A stretch of DNA of 64,000 nt from the human T2T-CHM13v2.0 reference genome, Homo sapiens. A program made the translations under genes and the position numbers. This document shows positions 13,230 through 27,000 of this stretch, piece by piece. A model generated the notes under the pieces. That model had not been told where the DNA came from. It searched no databases and saw only the letters and a program-made list of their open reading frames with translations. Within the stretch, counting starts at the first letter, position 1. Every line of letters begins with the position of its first letter. The stretch is from the NCBI RefSeq assembly GCF_009914755.1, contig NC_060926.1. One strand, written 5' to 3'.

Positions 13230-13624
13230 TACTTTAGACTGCACCATGCTCCTGTTGATTTGAAACCATGTTGTCAGGATTTGCCATGATACAAAACAAA
13301 TACCATGTGAAAATCACTGTGAAACAGGGTGTGAGGGTGTTGGCATCCTGTCTGATTCCAAGGCTTCAGAAATTGAGAAGTGCCCAACAGGCATACCTGT
13401 CCTATTAGTAAGTAATTGTGCTTTCTTAGAATAGTTTTTGCAATTAATGTAAATTATTTTTTCTAGAGGATACAAAGCTATTGGGACACACATTTTTATC
13501 CATTTTGGGGGACTTAATGACTTAACAAATGGAACTGTTAGGTAATTCTTTTGGCCTAGCAGTCAATGAACGAGTTACTGAGACCCTGCCAGCACTGTGA
13601 AGCAAGAACACTTAGAAGCATCTG
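13230..13624. mobile_element. hAT-Charlie (Charlie4-like) DNA transposon fragment
   Basis: 'ctgattccaaggcttcagaaattgagaagtgcccaacagg' and 'ggaactgttaggtaattcttttggcctag' match the Charlie4-group terminus as I recall it. Confidence 0.55.
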
Positions 13625-14699
13625 CCCTAGGCTGAGAATGGAACGGGGGAGAATTTCCCAGATGAAGACGTTAGCCTTGGAATGGCGGGTGGGGGATACA
13701 CCTTCTTCTTGAACAGAAGTAAATGGGAGAAGAACATGCACATGAAGAAAAGAAAAGTTAAAATAATTGTGTTCATTTGGCCAAGATTTACTCATTGAGT
13801 AGGAAGTGAGTTTTTCTTATGAACATCAGGAGGTCAGATTGAATAGAGGGGTTGATAAAGATGAAACAGGTCTCAAAGCTAAAACGTATAAAGAATCTCT
13901 ATCCTGTTATAAACCAAGCATACACTAGGACTTCAATAAATTCTTATTTGTTTGGATGAAAACATTTCATTGGAACTTTTGAAAAAATACATCCAAGAAA
14001 AAATAAAACGTATGTTTTTCCTGCTTGTCATGGTATATCTGATATGCAGTAGTTCTAGTTGTGTATGAGATGGACGTGTGTTTTCTGTATAAATACTCAT
14101 ACACAAACACTTATTCTGTTCAAATAAATTAGCACAAAAAAGCTGGATTCTGTGAGATGAATGCATGTTGGCTCTTTCAAGAGGCACTCACAGCTGCTCT
14201 GCTAAGGTGTGCTGGCTAAATACATATGTTTAAAGCTGTTTTAATTTGGCAATTCTGTCAGAATATCCCTTGACACTCTCCTTACCCATCCTCTGCCTGA
14301 GATTGTTGGTAAACTGACAAGGTGCAGCCTTGTTCCCCCAGTTGATCTATTTTGAGGCTCGAGAAATGCAAGTGAGAATTAGAAGCAGAAACCAAAAATA
14401 GCTATACAATCCAAAAGATAGCCAGTGTTCAGAAGAAATTATATGAGTATGTTGAAGAGAAAATGTTTTAGACATAGACGCAGACTTAAGTCCCATTTTA
14501 AATAAAAACTTGGTCCAAATGACTTGATCACATGCCCTTTCTGGCTCTTCTAAATTGTTTTCAACGCTTCTGTGTTACCTTTAGAAAAAAGTCTACATTC
14601 TTTAAACTAGCATTTAAAACATTCAATTATTTGGCCCTAAACTATCATTACAACTATTAGAGTTGAAAAAAAAGTGAGGAGAGGGAATTAACTTCAACA

Positions 14700-14786
14700 T
14701 CATGTCTACTGGATGAATAGATGTGTAAGCTTTAGCAAATTATTTAACATCTTTGTACCTCATTTATGATTAAAGAGAAAATGGTA
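14700..14786 (+). mobile_element. MIR 5'/core part, split by the L1MD insertion
   Basis: 'tgtgtaagctttagcaaattatttaacatctttgtacctca...aaaatgg' follows the MIR core. Confidence 0.5.
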
Positions 14787-14787
14787 G

Positions 14788-15895
14788 GGTTTTTGCTTTC
14801 AGGAAGATGGATTAGACATATGTTTCTCTGTTCCTCCTGCTAAGAACAAAAAATCCTTGACTGTATATTTAAAAATAAAAATCAATGCAAGAAGACTCTA
14901 AAAGGTAGAAAGAAGAAGGCAGATGAGCTACAGATCTCAGGACAGAACCAGCGACACAGCAGGGACTCCCTGGGCTTCCTGTTTGCTTCTTAAGTCTCAG
15001 ACATGGAGTGAAAGCAGCGGGCAACCAGAAATCACCACAGGGTATGGACAAAAAACCCCAACAAAAGCCTCCTCTCTATAGACAAAGAACCAGTAAAAAA
15101 AAACAAAAAAAACCACAAAAAAACAAAAAAACAGTCTAAAAAGACAGAAGAGTTTTAGATGGGAACCACTCCACACCAGCTAAACACCATAAAAACTCTG
15201 CATCCCCTCCAGCACTCAGACAATAAAAGCTGAGTGGAGAACCTAGGCTTCCATTCTCACCAGGCTGTAATGACGCATCCCCAGCTACTCCAGGTGGATC
15301 AAGAGAAGGCTGAATCTAAAGCCAGCATTTTCAATGGTGCTGCGGAGTAATGTACCAACTTCATCTGATGTCGGTGGAGATCATGTGTGCAACCTGGACT
15401 TCCATTCACATCAAACAGTAACAAGAGAGCTCTCCCTTTCATGTGGGGATGGCGTTTTAGAAGACCTGGTGGAGATCCTAGATTTTCACTGCAATGCAGT
15501 GGTAAGGAGGCCAGTCCCCATGATGTCAAAGCCACATAGGAAAAAGTAACAAGGTACTCCTGACCCTCCCAGTTAGGGTGGTATCAGTGGCAGCCTGTGG
15601 AGAAACAGAAACTCTACCCCCACCCAGAAGTAATTATACCCACATCCTCATTCCCAGGTGTCATTAGAAGCTAAGTACGGAACCTGAACATCTACCCCCA
15701 CCTTCAATACTGAGGCAGCATCCACACTTTCCTTGCTGGAGTAGTATTAGAAAAGCCATCTAAAAATTCAATTAAATGAGATCCAGAATTTTAAAACATT
15801 ACATTCTGGATGTCCAGATTTCAGTTGAAAACCGCTCATCATGTCAAAAACTGGGGAAATCTCAATTTTAATGAAAAGGACAATTAACAGTTGCT
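14788..15895 (+). mobile_element. Ancient L1 5' region (L1MD-type) with a decayed internal repeat array
   Basis: Starts 'tttgctttcaggaagatggattagaca..cctcctgctaag'. Recurring acct(a/g)gacttcca-like units lie between ~15240 and 15700. Confidence 0.65.
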
Positions 15896-16397
15896 GTATT
15901 TGTTTTCTATTTCTGCTGTAATAAATTATCACAAGCTTAGTGGCTTAGAACAACCTAATGTTATCTTACAGCTATCGATGGCAGAAGTCCAAAATTGGTT
16001 CACCTGGCTGACATCAAAGTGTTGACAGGGCTGCATTCCTTATGCATTCCTTGTGGAAGGAATCCCATTTCTGTCCTTTCTCCAGCTTCCAGTTGCCTGC
16101 ATTCCTTGGCTTATGTTCTTCCATCTTTGAAGCCACCTAGGGCTCGTTGAGCCTTTCTCATGCTGCGTCACTCTGACACTCACTCCGCTTTTGCCTCCCT
16201 TTTCCACTTATAAGGACTGTGCTGATTCTACTGGCCTCACCCCAGTCACCCAGGAGAATCTCCCCATTTTATGATCTCCTGATTAAAAGACTTAATTCCA
16301 TCTTATCCTTAATTCCCTTTGCCATGTAACAACATATGCACAGATTCTGGGGATTAGAATGTAGACATCTTTGTGAGGATACATTATTTTTCTACAC
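15896..16397 (-). mobile_element. MLT1D-like MaLR solo LTR
   Basis: 'tgtatttgttttctatttctgctgtaataaattatcacaagcttagtggctt...gattctggggattagaatgtagacatctttg'. Confidence 0.8.
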
Positions 16398-17011
16398 TGA
16401 AGGCAACTTTACAAAATCTAAGTAGTCTTTTTAAGTTCTCAGAGTTATTTTTTGAGTCCCCAAATACCCTTGCTGAGATGATGATTAACTGGAAGTTTTA
16501 TACCTCTAGTCTATCTCATTATTCAGAACAAGGAGCTTATCACATGTCCCTGCTGCATGGGCTTCTCTCCTCCATGATAAATTATCTTCCCTAAATATAA
16601 AGCTAAAAAGCAACAGATCACACAGTAATAGGTGCTCTCTTTTTCAAAACAAATATGCATATATGTGAGTACATCCATAAGAAGGGGAACCAACACTTTC
16701 ATTCTGGGACTTCCCTTGTAGTTTAATACTCACCCAAAACAATTTGCCTAAATGCCAACAACTGTAAGTCAATACATCAGCTCTCCATCAGAAGCAAAAA
16801 ATATTACTTTTTTTACTGAGTAGTTTCTAAAAGAGAAAAGGTCTCACACTGTAAATATGTAAAGCATCATGGGACATAAAAGGAGGTAAAGTTTCTACAT
16901 TTCACTCAAACTGGTAAGATGTTGGCATCAATAAATTCTAAGATAATATATTTCACAATTACATATGTAGTGTGTATATTATATATATATATAAATGATA
17001 CATAATATATA

Positions 17012-19818
17012 CAGTTTGACTTGTGCAACATGAGTTTGAACTGTGCAGGCCCACTTAGTGCAGACTTTTTTCAATAAATATACTGGAAACATTTTTTGGA
17101 GAGTTGTGACAATTGAAAAAACTCACAGGCTGAGAAGCCTAGAAATATTAAAAAAAATTAAGAAAAAAGTATGTCATGAATGCACAAAATATATGTAAAT
17201 ACTAGTATATTTGATAATTTACTAGCATAAAGTATATACAAATCTATTATAAAAAGTCAAAATTTATCAAAACGTATGCACATCAACACAGACTGCACAT
17301 GATGCCATTCACAGTCAAGAGAAATGTAAACCAATGTAAAGATGTAGTATTAAATCATAACTGCATACAATTCATGATAGTATGTGCTGTAGTGCTGTAG
17401 TAATTTCATAGTCATCTCCTCTTGCTATTGTGGCGAGCTCAAGTGTTACCCTTATCCCCTTAAAATGAGCAGTTCATCTCTCCAGTACATTGCATTTTGC
17501 AGTAAAAGGCGATCTCACAATTCTTGCATATTTTTCATCTCACCTATTGTAAACCTAGAATAACACCATGAAACCCATAGAAAGTGCTACTCTTGATGTT
17601 GGAAGTACTTCTAAAAAGCAGAGTAAAGAGCACTTTATAAAGCCTTTGCAGCAGCTATGCCAGAAGATGCAACAACCTTTCACTTTGTGTGAAATACCTT
17701 TTTATCTAGTATTACAAATGCAGCTTTCATGCTGGCAAAGGATTGCTATAAGAAAGACATACCTACAGCATCTAACATGATTCAAGAAATGGTAAAGTCA
17801 TTATATTTCAACTTAAAGCAAAAAGGAGGTGACGAATTGAAAGCTGGAGAATTTAATGCCAGCAAAGGATGGTTTGACAATTTTAGGAAAATATTTGGCT
17901 TTAAAAATGTCAAGATAACAGGAAAAACAGCTTCTGCTGATCAAGAGGCAGCACACAAGTTCCCAGATGCCATTAAGAAAGTCACTGAGGAGAAAGGATG
18001 GAGTTTTTAATGCAGATGAAAGTGCTCTATTCTGGAAGAAAAAAAAAATGCCACAAAGGACATTTACTAGAAAGGGAAGTGAGCACCAGGATGCAATGCA
18101 GGAAAGGCCAGGCTCACTCTACTGTTTTGTATAAATGTAGTTTGGTTTACTGTGCTTATATCTGTAAAACTGCTAATCCTGAAGGAAAGATCTGACAGCA
18201 GATTCCTGTCTTTCGGTTGTACAACTAGAAGGCCCGGACAACAAAAGCCCCCATCTTTTGGATTGATTCCATTGATGTTTTGTCGCCAAGGTCCGGAAGT
18301 ATTTTGCCAGTGAGGAACTGCCTTTTAAAGTTCTTTTGATATGCCCCTGACCACACAGAACCCCATGCGTTTAACACTAAAAATGTCAAAGTGATCTACT
18401 TGCCCCCAAACATATCTCTAATTCAGCTTCTAGATTAGGGCATCATAAGCACCTTTAAGACTCATTACACACTGTGGAAAGGATTGTCAACAATAAGAAA
18501 GAGAACCCCAATAGAGAGAACATCAGGAAAGTCCAGAAGGAATGCGCCATTGAAGATACCATCACTGTTATAGAAAATGTTGTGTTATCTGTAACACTGG
18601 ACACAATAAATTCCCGCTTTAGAAAACTGTCCAGGTGTTGTGCATGACTTCACAGTTTTTACGGCAGGGCCAATCAAGAAAATCATGAAAGGAATTGTGG
18701 ATATGGCAAAAAAAAAAAAAAAAAAAAAAAAATGGTGGAAGGAGAAAAATAAAGGGTTTCAAGATATGGATCAGATAAACTCAAGACATAATAGGGACAC
18801 AACAGAAGATGACTAAATGGAAATGAATGCTTCTGAATCTGTGCCAGATGATGAGAAACAAGACAGAAGAAACAGTGCTAAAAAAGAAATTGACACTAGA
18901 TAATCTTTCAGAAGGGTTCTGCTTATTTGGCTTTTGATTTCTTTTACAATATGAACCCTTCTATGACATGGGCACTGAAACTAAAGCAAGTGATAGAAGA
19001 AAGATTGGTATTGTAGGCCAGGCGTGGTGGCTCACTTCCCTAATCCCAGCACTTTGGGAGGCCGATGTGGGTGGATCACCAGGTCAGGAGATGGAGACCA
19101 TCCTGGCTAGCATGGTGAAACCCTGTCTCTACTAAAAATAAAAAAAAATTAGCCTGGCGTGGTGGCACGTGCATGTAGTCCTAGCTAGTTGGGAGCCAGA
19201 GGCAGGAGAATCACTTTAACTCAGGAGGCGGAGGTTGCAGAGAGCCGAGATCGCGCCACTGCACTCCAGCCTGAGCAACAAAGCGAGATTCTGTCTCAAA
19301 AAAAAAAAAAAAAAAAAGACTGGTACTGAATGGAAACATTTTTAGGACAGTAAAATAGCAGAACATTCAGGCAGACATTATGGTGTATTTCCATAAAGTT
19401 ACACTGAGTGTGCCTGTCTCTCCTGCCTCCCCTGCTACTTCTTTCACCACTACTTCTTTGGCCACCTCTGAGCCAAAAATGCCTTCCCCTCTTCTTCTTC
19501 CTCCTTCCCAGCCTACTCAATGTAAGGATGAAGACTTTTATGTTAATCTACTTCCACTTAATGAATATTAAATATATTTTCTCTTCCTTATGGTTTTTAA
19601 ATAGCATTTTCTTTCCTCTAACTTACTTTATTGTAAAAGTACATTATATAATACATATAACAAATATGTGTTAATTGACTGTTTATGTTACAGTAAGGCT
19701 TCTGGTCAACAGTAAGCTATTCACAGTTAAGTTTCAGAGGAGTCAAAAAGTTATACGTGGATTTTGACTGCACAGGAGATTGGTGCCCCAAACCCCAATG
19801 CTGTTCAAAGTTCAACTG
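17012..19818 (+). mobile_element. Near full-length Tigger2 DNA transposon
   Basis: TA-flanked TIRs (cagtttgacttg... / ...ttcaaagttcaactg). ORF 17729-18010 gives GEFNASKGWFDNFRK..FKNVKITG (CENP-B/pogo HTH). The transposase is frameshifted. Confidence 0.9.
19016..19317 (+). mobile_element. AluS (AluSc-like) inside Tigger2
   Basis: Full dimer with poly-A. Imperfect TSD aaagattggtattgta / aaagactggtactgaa. Confidence 0.9.
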
Positions 19819-19820
19819 TA

Positions 19821-22800
19821 TATGAATGTATATATATACACATACACACATTCTAAAGAAGCCACTAAAAGCTGATACAAAGAGACACACTAGAAAAATT
19901 AAAAATCTATAGATACATACAGTGGAATTCTAAAAACACATTCAAGTAACCTACAGGGAGAAAAAAGATAAAAGAAAGAAAGGAAAATGGAAAGAACAAA
20001 TAGAAAACAAATAAAAATGGCAGACTTAAGAATTAATATATCAATAGTTACATTAAACGTAGTCTTAATACACCAAGTAAAAGAGAGTTATTGGCAGGAT
20101 GGATTAAACACATGGCAATTCTAAATATTATTTTTATTTCTGTTTCCTTGTTTTGCAATCCTAAATTTGTACACACTAAAAAATATAACTATGTGTGAAA
20201 TAAAATATGATGCAACTGAACAAAGACATAGACAAATTCACAATTACAATTGTTCAATTCTCCTTTCCCAATAATGGATCAATCAGAAAATCAGCACATA
20301 TATATAAAAACACAATCCACCAACAAGAGCTATTTAACATTTATAGAATGCTCCAATTCAAAACTACAGAAAAACCTCTCTTTTCAAGCATTCACGTGAC
20401 ACAAATGAAGATAGACAATATTCTGGGCCTTAAAACAAACAAATTTAAAAACATTGAAATCATACACAGTGTGTTCTGTTATAACAAGGGAATCATCAAA
20501 CTAGAAATCAATATGAAAAAAACAAATATTTGAAAACCAAATGACATTTAAAAAACATAATCCTTGGGTAAAAGAAGGCATATCAAGGGTAAGTAAAATG
20601 TACATTGAACAGGTTAAAAGATGAAAAAAAACCCATGAGATCAAAATCTGTATGACACAGTTAAAGCAGTGGAGAAAAGGAAATGTGTAACACTAAATGC
20701 TTATATCAGAAAATGGGAAAGATCTCATATAAATAACCTAAGCTCTCACATTGAAAACTTATTTTAAAAAAGAGAAAGGAAAAATAAGCCCCACAGAAAA
20801 AGGATGGAAATAATATGGTAAAGAAGAAAAATCAATAAAATTGAAAATGAAAAATAATGTAAAAAGTCCACTTAAAAAGCTGATTGTTAGAGAAGATTAA
20901 TTAAATTGACAAACCGGTTGTAAGACTGACAAAGAACAAAAGAGAAAGGCACAAATTACCAATATCAGAAATAAAACAGGGACATCACTATAAATTCTAC
21001 AGACATCAAAAGAAAATAAGGGATTAGGAATTAGTATAAACATATCTATACACATACATTTGACAACTTAGATAAATAGATCAATTCTTCAAAAAGCACA
21101 AACTACTACAACACACTCAATATAAAACAGATGTTTTGAATAGTCCTATAAGTAATATTTAATTTAATTTGTAATTTAAAAACTCCTACCCAAAAAATTC
21201 AGCCTCAGACAATGTTACTATTGAATTCTAACAAACATTTAAATAATTAATATTAACTCTACAGATTCTCTTCCAGAAAATTGAAGAGGATAAAAGAATT
21301 TTCAATTTATTTATGAAGCTTATATTACTTTTATATTCAAATGAAAAATACAAGGAGAAATAAAAGAGAAAAAATAAGGAAAATTTGAGACTAACATCCT
21401 CATAAGGCTGGAAGAAAACATTATTTAAAATATTAACAAATAGAATTAAGCAATTAGTAAAAAGAATTATACACCATTACCAAATGGGATTGGTTCTAAG
21501 AATGCATGCCTGGTTCAATATTTGAAAATGTAATCAACCATATTAACAACCTAAAGAAGAAAAAAGACATGATAGTATTAATTGATACACAAAAAGAGTT
21601 TCACATAATGCAGTACCTATTGATGATAACAACTCCCAGAAAAGTGGCAATAGAGTAGAAGTTTCTCAGCTTGATGAATAGTATCTAAAAAAATATATAA
21701 TAATACAGCACTAATCTTATGCGTCATGGTTTAAGATGAAATACTTTTCTCATAATTTTGGAAACAAGGAAAGGATGTCTGCTCTCACGACTCTTACTTA
21801 ACATACTACTAGAAGGTGTAACTATTACAAAAAGTTGAAAAGAAAAGAAAAGGCATAAAGGTAGAGAAAGAAGATGTACAACTCTTCCTAATTGCAGATG
21901 ACACATAGAAAATTCCCAAATTAAAAACATATCCTCAAATGAAAAAGTAATTACAGTCAGGTATCAGTATGCAAGATAAACAAACAAAGTCAATTGTTAT
22001 TATATATAATATACAAAATAGCACATGAACAGGGAAATTAAAAATACAGTTATAATTGATAAAAATTAAATACTTAGATAAAAATGTAATGAAAGATGTA
22101 TAAGACCTATGTCCTAAAAACTGCAACACACTGATGAAATAAATCAAAAGATCAAAATAAATGGAGAAATCATTTTTTGCTTAGAATTGGACAACACAAC
22201 AAAGCAAAGGTGGATGCCAATTCTCCTAAAACTGGTACAGGTTTAATGCAATTCTATTAAAATTGCAACAAGATATTTTGCAGATATAGACCAACTTATT
22301 TTAAAATTTATGTATAAAGACAAAGGAACTAAAATAGCTAGAATGATTTTGAAAATGAAAAATGCAATGGGAAGAATATTTATTGCATGGCTAGAGTAAT
22401 TAAAAATATGTGCTATTGGCAAAAAGGTGTACAAATTGAACAGTTGAACATTATGAGGACCTAGAAATACACCCTTTCAAATTTGCCCAAGTGATTTTAG
22501 ACAAAAGTACAAAAGCAATTTAATAACGGAAGTGGAGCCTTTTCAACAGGTGGTGCTGAAGTGATTCTGTAGACCAAGAAAATGAACTTCTGCCTAAACA
22601 TCATACTTTGTACAAAAAGTAACAAGAAATGGATCATGGACTTAATTGTAGAATATAAAAGTGTATAACCTTTAGAGAAAAATAAAATAAAATGTTCAGG
22701 AATCTGAGCAAGGCAAATACTTTTTAGGCTTGACAACAAAAGTGGGAAAAAAGTTGATGCTTTGTGTTTTATCAAAATTAAAATTTTATCAATATTTTGC

Positions 22801-23927
22801 TGTGTGAAATGCTCTAAGAGAATGAAAAGCTACACATTTGGAAAAAATATTTGCCAATCACATATTTGCAAATCACATATCTAACTGAAAACCAGTATCT
22901 ACAATTTATAAAACTCAACAGTAAAAACATCCTGATAGAAAATAGGCAAACTATTCAGCAAAGGGAATATGGATCGCAGAAAAACACATGAAATATGTTC
23001 AACATCATTAGCCATTAGAGAAATGTGACTTAAACCACAATGAAATACTTATAAGAATAAATGAAATAAAAATTAAATAAAGATATATGGTAGACATAAA
23101 TAAAGGTATATATATATGTATATATACATATATAATACCAACGCTGGTGTGTATTCAGAGAAATGGAATAACTCGTGCACTTTTGTGGTAATGTAAAATG
23201 GTACAGCCACTTTAGAAAACAGCTTGGCATTTACAAAACAAACAAACAAACAAACTATGCAGCTACCTACATATCATACAACCCAGCAATTGTACTCTTG
23301 AGTATTTATCCCAGTATGGGGGGGTGGGTACTTATGATCTTACACACCAAAAACTTGTACACAAATATTCACAGTAGCTCTATTTATTGTAAGAGTCTAA
23401 AACTGGAAATGATCTATATATTCTTTTAACAAGTGAATGGTTAAATAAATTGTGATATATCCATGGTGTGGAATACTATGCAGAAATAAAAAGGAATGAG
23501 CTGTTGATAGTCAACAATGTGAATGAATCTCTAGAGAATTATACTAAATTTAAAAAGTTAATCCCCAAAACATGACAAACTGTCTAATTCAATTTATATA
23601 GCATTCTTAAAATGTCATACAAAAGGAAAATGACAAAATTATGAAAATGGAAAGCAGGTTATTTGCTGCCAAGCGTTAAGGAGAGGCTGGGTTGTGAGGG
23701 TGGTGCATGTGGCTGTAAATGGTCACCTTGAGGGATCGTGGGGTGATGGACTTCCTCTGTATCTTGACTGTATCCATGTTCATATCCTGGTTTTGTGGCA
23801 GTGGTAGTATAGGTTTGTAAATTGTTACTATTGGGGGAATTGGCTAATGGATACATGTGATCTGTTTGTATTATTTCTTACAAATACAGGCAAGTCTACA
23901 ATTAAATACAAAATATTTTGCTTTAAA
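19821..23927 (+). mobile_element. L1MD-type LINE, ORF2 remnant and 3' end (probably also 16850-17011)
   Basis: A-rich decayed ORF2; ORF 20207-20533 resembles the EN region. The 3' end 'tgtatcttgactgtatccatgttcatatcctggtt...gtctacaatta' is L1MD-like. Confidence 0.85.
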
Positions 23928-23929
23928 GA

Positions 23930-24010
23930 AAATTTCTACTCTCTAGGTTTGCCATCAGATTAAAATATTATGAAAGTAACTGATGCCTGATGCTTAGTAA
24001 GCACTCAGTT
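23930..24010 (+). mobile_element. MIR 3' part (continuation of 14700-14786)
   Basis: 'ctactctctaggtttgccatcagattaaaa...tgcctgatgcttagtaagcactca'. Confidence 0.5.
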
Positions 24011-27000
24011 TATCTGATTTTCTTCCCTTTTCTCCTCTCCTACTCCTCCATAGATAACCTTGGCTTCTTGAAGACTGAATTTGTCCCACCAATGGGATAT
24101 ACCATGTCCTTCACAGCCTCTCAATTTTGATAACCTTGTCAACTTGGACTCCTCTGGGACCAGGGCCTGTCCTTTTCCATGTTAGGAGCGTCCGGAGAAG
24201 GATTGGTCCAGTACATACACGGCACAAGTGATCCATAGCAGCAGCTGTTAAGACTAGTGGTTAGGTTTTGATGACATCTTTGATATCAAAGTGAGGGAGG
24301 CAAGAAGGCCTGGATGCTACCCTATTCATCTCCCTTCTCCGCTGTAATCTCTTGAGGACAGACAGCAGACGAAGACACTAAGAACAATCTTGCTAATAGT
24401 TTCCAAACTCTGAAGACATGTGAGGTGGAGCCCAAACCTCAGGCTACTGGTTACAGTCAGGACTTGCCTCCTCAACCTTCCTTGTCCACACGCACACCTT
24501 AATCCCAGCAGTCTGGACTTGGTAATTAGAAGGACCCCAATGTCCACTCCCCATCAGGGTTCCTAGATGCATTTCCTTCCTGTGTTGTCTAACCTCATAG
24601 CTCCAAGTGTTAAAATCAACTCCTTTTTGCTACAAATAAGTGAGCATTTCCACCGACAGCTATATTCCCAATGTACAAGTAAACAAAAAGCAATCATTAA
24701 TGTCTCTGTCCTTCGGAAACTTAGAAGAGAAGAAAGATGAGAGAGGTCAAAGGGTAAGGGCTACAGTTGCCCCTGCCCTAGGCAGCAGACTCCCTGTGCT
24801 GGCTGCAGGGAGAGAAGAAGGAGTGAGGTTCTTCCTGCAGTCAGTGGACCCACCGAGTGGAAGAGCAAAGGCAAACAGGGCTTACGCCAGAGAGTCTCAG
24901 CCAGTGTCCTGATGGGGAAGAAGAGACAGCTACCAAGGCCTCTCAGGCTTGGGGCTATATGGGTATTACCTTGATGATCCTGTAGATAAAGTAGCCAGGC
25001 ATTCCAGGGTCTGACTGTCTCAACAATAGCAACTCATCAATCTTTTAAGAATACACTACTCACCACCAATGAGGCTTTTACATTCTCCACCAAGTGGTTT
25101 TACCTTAATGAAAACCAGTGCATTATAATCAGGTGTTATTTGACTATGACCTATTGGCATAAATTAATTTAGCACATCATATGGACACCTAACAACCTGG
25201 GCAGCTTCAAGCCTCAAGAGAATAAACACGACTATGAGCATGGAAATAAGAAGGCATCACAGGGACTGGTTGTCAGTTAAGCTAAACTAGCCCTAAGTAA
25301 ACATGGTCCATGGAGTGGTGGTGATGTTTTGTGAATGGACCAGACCCAGCCAAAAGTACTGCTGTGATTCTGCAGTGATCCACCGCTACTTCTGATGAGC
25401 AACCAGAGATCCTGCTCTGCACCACAGTTCTGTGCTGAATGCCTGGTGGACTTTGAAATACAGCATAGTTAGGAACCCAATTGCAAAGCCCTGAAACCTC
25501 CACTTGTTATGGATGCAGGTTACAATCAATACACGGGGAGGTTGTGTGTATGTGTGTGTTTTGATAAATACCTAACAGATTGTCCTGGCTAATGTTCCTT
25601 TGGTGACTGGAACACACAATCCTTGAAGTCTTCTTTCTGATTATTTATTTTTGCTCTCATGAAAACTCTATTGACCCCTTGTTATATTCTCAATAATAAT
25701 AGTAATAATAAACATAACAGTAGTGATAAAATACTAATTACATGCAATCAGCATATACTCAGTAATTACATATGTCAGGCCATTTTACCATTTTATGCCC
25801 CCAAACCCCTGCGAATCTGATATTTTTCTTTTTCTTTTCTTTTTCTTGGATTTTGCACTTGAAATTAAGCCTGAGAGGTTATATAAAAGGTTACCCAAAG
25901 TCAATGAAGTTAATATAAATTATAATTACAGTCTGATTCAAGAAAAAGGTATTTAATTTTTTGCTACCTAGAATAAATTTTCTCTCTACCTCTCTTCTCC
26001 AGGGCCAATCAATCAATTTGCTCATGTTGTCATCCATTCAAATGGCAGAATAAGGCAGCTACCCTAGCACACAGGAAACACTGAACCCTTCTCTGCATTG
26101 TAGAACAGTGTGAGTGTGTTTTTCCTGCCCACGCCAGGCTTGCTTTGTTCTGAACCTACTCCAGTAGCCAAGGGCATGACAACCCAGGGTCTTCTAATCA
26201 GCCAATCACATATTGGAGGAGAGAAAAACAGGTGGTAGCTCTAAACTGTCTCTTCTTCCACCTGAAAATAGCTTCCCCACTTCATTCCACCCCAAGCCAC
26301 CAGCACCAGATCTACGTCTTTAAACACGGTAGCCTCTGAGATCTTTATCCCTTGGGGTTGAATAGCAAACATTCATGAACGCCCCCTACAGAGTAAAGGG
26401 AGTTCCCAAATTACATGCTGTAGAGGTACTGAAAGACATTTGACTTTGAAGTTCTTGGAATACTGTGGTCTGTTTTGGGTAAAGCTTTTCCAACCAGCCA
26501 AGGGTGGATGCTGTATTCCCCCTGGGTCCCCATGTGCTGTGGACACAGAGGAAGCCTAACAGTGACTAGAAGGAAGAGGAGGGATCACACCACCACACCC
26601 CAGTAATCCCATTTCAGTGGCAAGCATCCAAACACCCTTTCCCAGACAATGACGCAGTTGTTCCTTTATTTACTATATGAGGAGATGTCATCAAACTCCC
26701 TTTTATAAATAGAGGCGGCTTCATGTGTTGCCCAGGGCTTTAGAGTTGATGTTTGCTTACATTTCAAAGTAATAGAGTCATTTATTTTCTTTATAGCTGC
26801 CCAACAACTTTAGGTAACACTTTTATATCTTTTCTCTTGTGAAGACATCAGTGCTTTTATTCAACACACACCAAGGCTCAGGAAAACAGGCCATCCCTTT
26901 ACAGCAACCGTCAGGGAAACTACTGATTTTGATAGATTTAGGTTCTCTCCTCCATTTTCAGTTCATCTTTTTATTTGTTAAAAAAAGCCTTAATGGGCTT

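Noticed and set aside
15200-15760. Degenerate ~75-85 bp repeated units
   Set aside because: Best explained as the internal repeat array of an old L1 5' region.
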